This document shows positions 16,572 through 18,195 of a DNA stretch of 18,195 nucleotides, one piece after another; positions within the stretch are counted from its first letter, which is position 1, and every line of letters begins with the position of its first letter. Origin of the DNA: Promethearchaeota archaeon (lineage in GTDB: Archaea > Asgardarchaeota > Lokiarchaeia > Sigyniarchaeales > SOKP01); NCBI GenBank assembly GCA_018238625.1, contig JABCSY010000085.1, positions 1 to 18,195 of the forward strand. The letters are read 5' to 3'. Made by a program: the position numbers and the translations under genes. The notes beneath the pieces were generated by a model, which worked only from the letters and a program-made list of their open reading frames with translations, was not told the origin of the DNA and did no database searches.

Positions 16572-16673
16572 AGCCCAGTGGTGTAGAGGTCAAGCATTTG
16601 GGGCCCTGAACCCTGCGACCACGGTTCGAAAAATTAACGAAGTTCTCGTGTATCGGAATTCCGTGCTGGGCTA
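16572..16673 (+). tRNA. tRNA-Gln (anticodon CTG) with a 29-nt intron at 59/60 (16631-16659)
   Basis: Acceptor AGCCCAG/CTGGGCT (A1-U72, typical of archaeal tRNA-Gln), discriminator A. Anticodon loop CCCTGAA (CTG at 16606-16608). T-stem CACGG/CCGTG. Removing 16631-16659 restores the T-loop TTCGAAT, and the junctions form a BHB motif. Confidence 0.9.
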
Positions 16674-16684
16674 TTTATTCTTTT

Positions 16685-17047
16685 TTAACCCGTTCTTTTT
16701 ATTATATGATAACCATATTTAGTTTTAACTGGCTGAGAAATTTCACCAATTTTTAGCTTCGTACACGCGTTCCAGAACTCTGGAACCATATCACCCTTAG
16801 AGAAATCTCCTAGATTGCCGCTTTTTTTTTTACTTGGACAAGTAGAAAATTTTTGTGCCAGACTTTCAAATTTCTCTCCTGCTTGTATGTCCTCCCGTAA
16901 TTCTTGGGCTCTACTAAATTTGTCAACCAAAATATGACTTGCCTTGATCTTTCCTCCGCGAATTGGTGCTCCTCCAGCAGATTTTCCTGAACCTTTAGAA
17001 CTTTGACCTTTGTTTTGATATCCTTTTCCATACTTACCTTTTCCCAT
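16685..17047 (-). CDS. Parvulin-type peptidyl-prolyl cis-trans isomerase with a basic Gly/Lys-rich N-terminal extension
   Basis: Motifs KIKASHILV, FESLAQKFSTCPS, GNLG, MVPEF and PVKTKYGYHII. GGAGG SD sequence upstream on the minus strand. Confidence 0.93.
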   Translation of the reverse strand: MGKGKYGKGYQNKGQSSKGSGKSAGGAPIRGGKIKASHILVDKFSRAQELREDIQAGEKFESLAQKFSTCPSKKKSGNLGDFSKGDMVPEFWNACTKLKIGEISQPVKTKYGYHIIKRTG

Positions 17048-17071
17048 TATTTTTTACCTCCATTAATTATT

Positions 17072-18190
17072 TTATGTGGTGCCTTTTTCTGCGCGCCTTA
17101 ATTCTGCTTTTTTAACCATCATTTTTATATATAAATCTTTTGTAGTTTTGGGTGGTAGCGTCTCCTTATCTTTTCTTTTTAGCGTTATTGCTTGTTCAGG
17201 GCAAGTTGTTACGCAATTACCACACCCTATACATAATTTTTGTTCAACAACAGCTATGCTTTCAACCATCGAAATAGCATTCATCTGACATCGATTTAAA
17301 CAAGTTTCGCAGCCGATACATGAGTCTGAATCAACAATAGCGTAATAATTAGAATAAAACATTTCCCAAGGACGCTCAAGTTTCTTTAAATTTGTTATAA
17401 GATCGCAACAACATCCACAACAACAACAAATGAAATTAGGATCTTGAGCGTTTCCAGGTTGAAGGATTAAACCTTCCTCTTGCGCTTTTTTCAGTATATT
17501 TAAAGCTTCATCCTTTGTTATAAATCTTCCGTTATTTATGTCTACGACATGTTGAGCCGAATTATTTAGTGCGAAACAGTGCTCGCGCATATTAGTCTGT
17601 TTACACGACTCGCCTATTAGATCTTTCCCTTTTTGGCATATGCAATTCATTATAGCAATCTTCTCGGTACTTTCAATGATTGTTCTCAGTTCGTCGTATG
17701 TTGCAATATTGTGTTCTGGTGTGATGCTTTCTTCAACTGGAATAGTTCGCAATTGATTGATTTTAGTGCTTACGATTTCATCTCGGTATTCCTCTTCAAA
17801 GTATTGCTCGATGTCTTCATAAAATTCTTTTGTAATCGATTTTACTTGATATTCATACATGCCTACTGCTAAAAAGGCGAGATGATATCTTATCTCCTCC
17901 TCGTCTTCAACCATCTCTCTCTTTAAATTGATAGCACCCTTGTGATACATTCTGTCTAAGATGAGCTCAAGTTCCTCAATGGATTTTACTTTTTTCTTAA
18001 CCCTACGATAAATCTTTTCCACAGGTTCGGGAATAAATCGCATATTAATAGCAATTTCTGCTTCTTCAGGAGTAAAGAAAAATTTTAACAATCGAATTTC
18101 TACGCCTGATTTAGTCGCAGGATAGCCTATGGGTAAAGTATCTAGTTGCTGTTGCAGTTTTCGGTATATATTGTCTTCTTTTTCAATCAT
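17072..18190 (-). CDS. Cys-rich 4Fe-4S dicluster protein with N-terminal helix-turn-helix-like domain
   Basis: FTPEEAEIA...LDRMYHKG N-terminal domain, CIC...C...C, ICCCCGCCC, and two CXXCXXCX3C motifs (CIGCETCLNRC, CIGCGNCVTTCP). The start lies 5 nt from the window edge. Confidence 0.85.
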   Translation of the reverse strand: MIEKEDNIYRKLQQQLDTLPIGYPATKSGVEIRLLKFFFTPEEAEIAINMRFIPEPVEKIYRRVKKKVKSIEELELILDRMYHKGAINLKREMVEDEEEIRYHLAFLAVGMYEYQVKSITKEFYEDIEQYFEEEYRDEIVSTKINQLRTIPVEESITPEHNIATYDELRTIIESTEKIAIMNCICQKGKDLIGESCKQTNMREHCFALNNSAQHVVDINNGRFITKDEALNILKKAQEEGLILQPGNAQDPNFICCCCGCCCDLITNLKKLERPWEMFYSNYYAIVDSDSCIGCETCLNRCQMNAISMVESIAVVEQKLCIGCGNCVTTCPEQAITLKRKDKETLPPKTTKDLYIKMMVKKAELRRAEKGTT

Positions 18191-18195
18191 TTTTC

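Noticed and set aside
6194-16673. Integrated element bounded by the two tRNA genes
   Set aside because: No integrase, no duplicated tRNA 3' end (att site), and the enclosed genes are housekeeping.
11258-17872. Remaining short ORFs (11258-11455, 12348-12698, 13279-13488, 13667-13900, 14519-14773, 15377-15568, 15459-15653, 16810-17031, 17076-17288, 17633-17872)
   Set aside because: All overlap confident genes in antisense or alternate frames and lack family signatures.
1-18195. CRISPR array, transposase or rRNA
   Set aside because: No regularly spaced repeats, transposase motifs or rRNA-like segments were seen.

Overview
AT-rich archaeal chromosomal window, most likely Asgard/Lokiarchaeia. 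That assignment is an inference from aCPSF1, an EF-2 paralog lacking the diphthamide His, an ITPK1-like kinase, a multi-PAS kinase and an A1-U72 tRNA-Gln with a BHB intron. It holds 14 credible protein genes: an ITPK1-like ATP-grasp kinase (5'-truncated by the window edge), uppP, an LMW phosphatase, pncA, a 6-PAS histidine kinase, the EF-2 paralog, purN, aCPSF1/FttA, an SRPBCC protein, a NapH/MauN-like Fe-S membrane protein, an HD dNTPase, a GH57 branching enzyme, a parvulin and a Cys-rich 4Fe-4S protein. The strongest signals are non-coding and absent from the ORF track. (1) tRNA-Gly(CCC). (2) tRNA-Gln(CUG) with a 29-nt BHB intron at the non-canonical T-loop position 59/60 and C instead of the near-invariant U33. 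(3) A candidate box C/D guide RNA (8561-8666, minus) whose D-box guide predicts 2'-O-methylation of wobble C34 of tRNA-Leu(CAA). (4) An unexplained ~148-nt nested-stem element with poly(A/T) arms (16321-16468). No mobile element or CRISPR array was seen. All family assignments come from motif recognition by eye; no searches were run.
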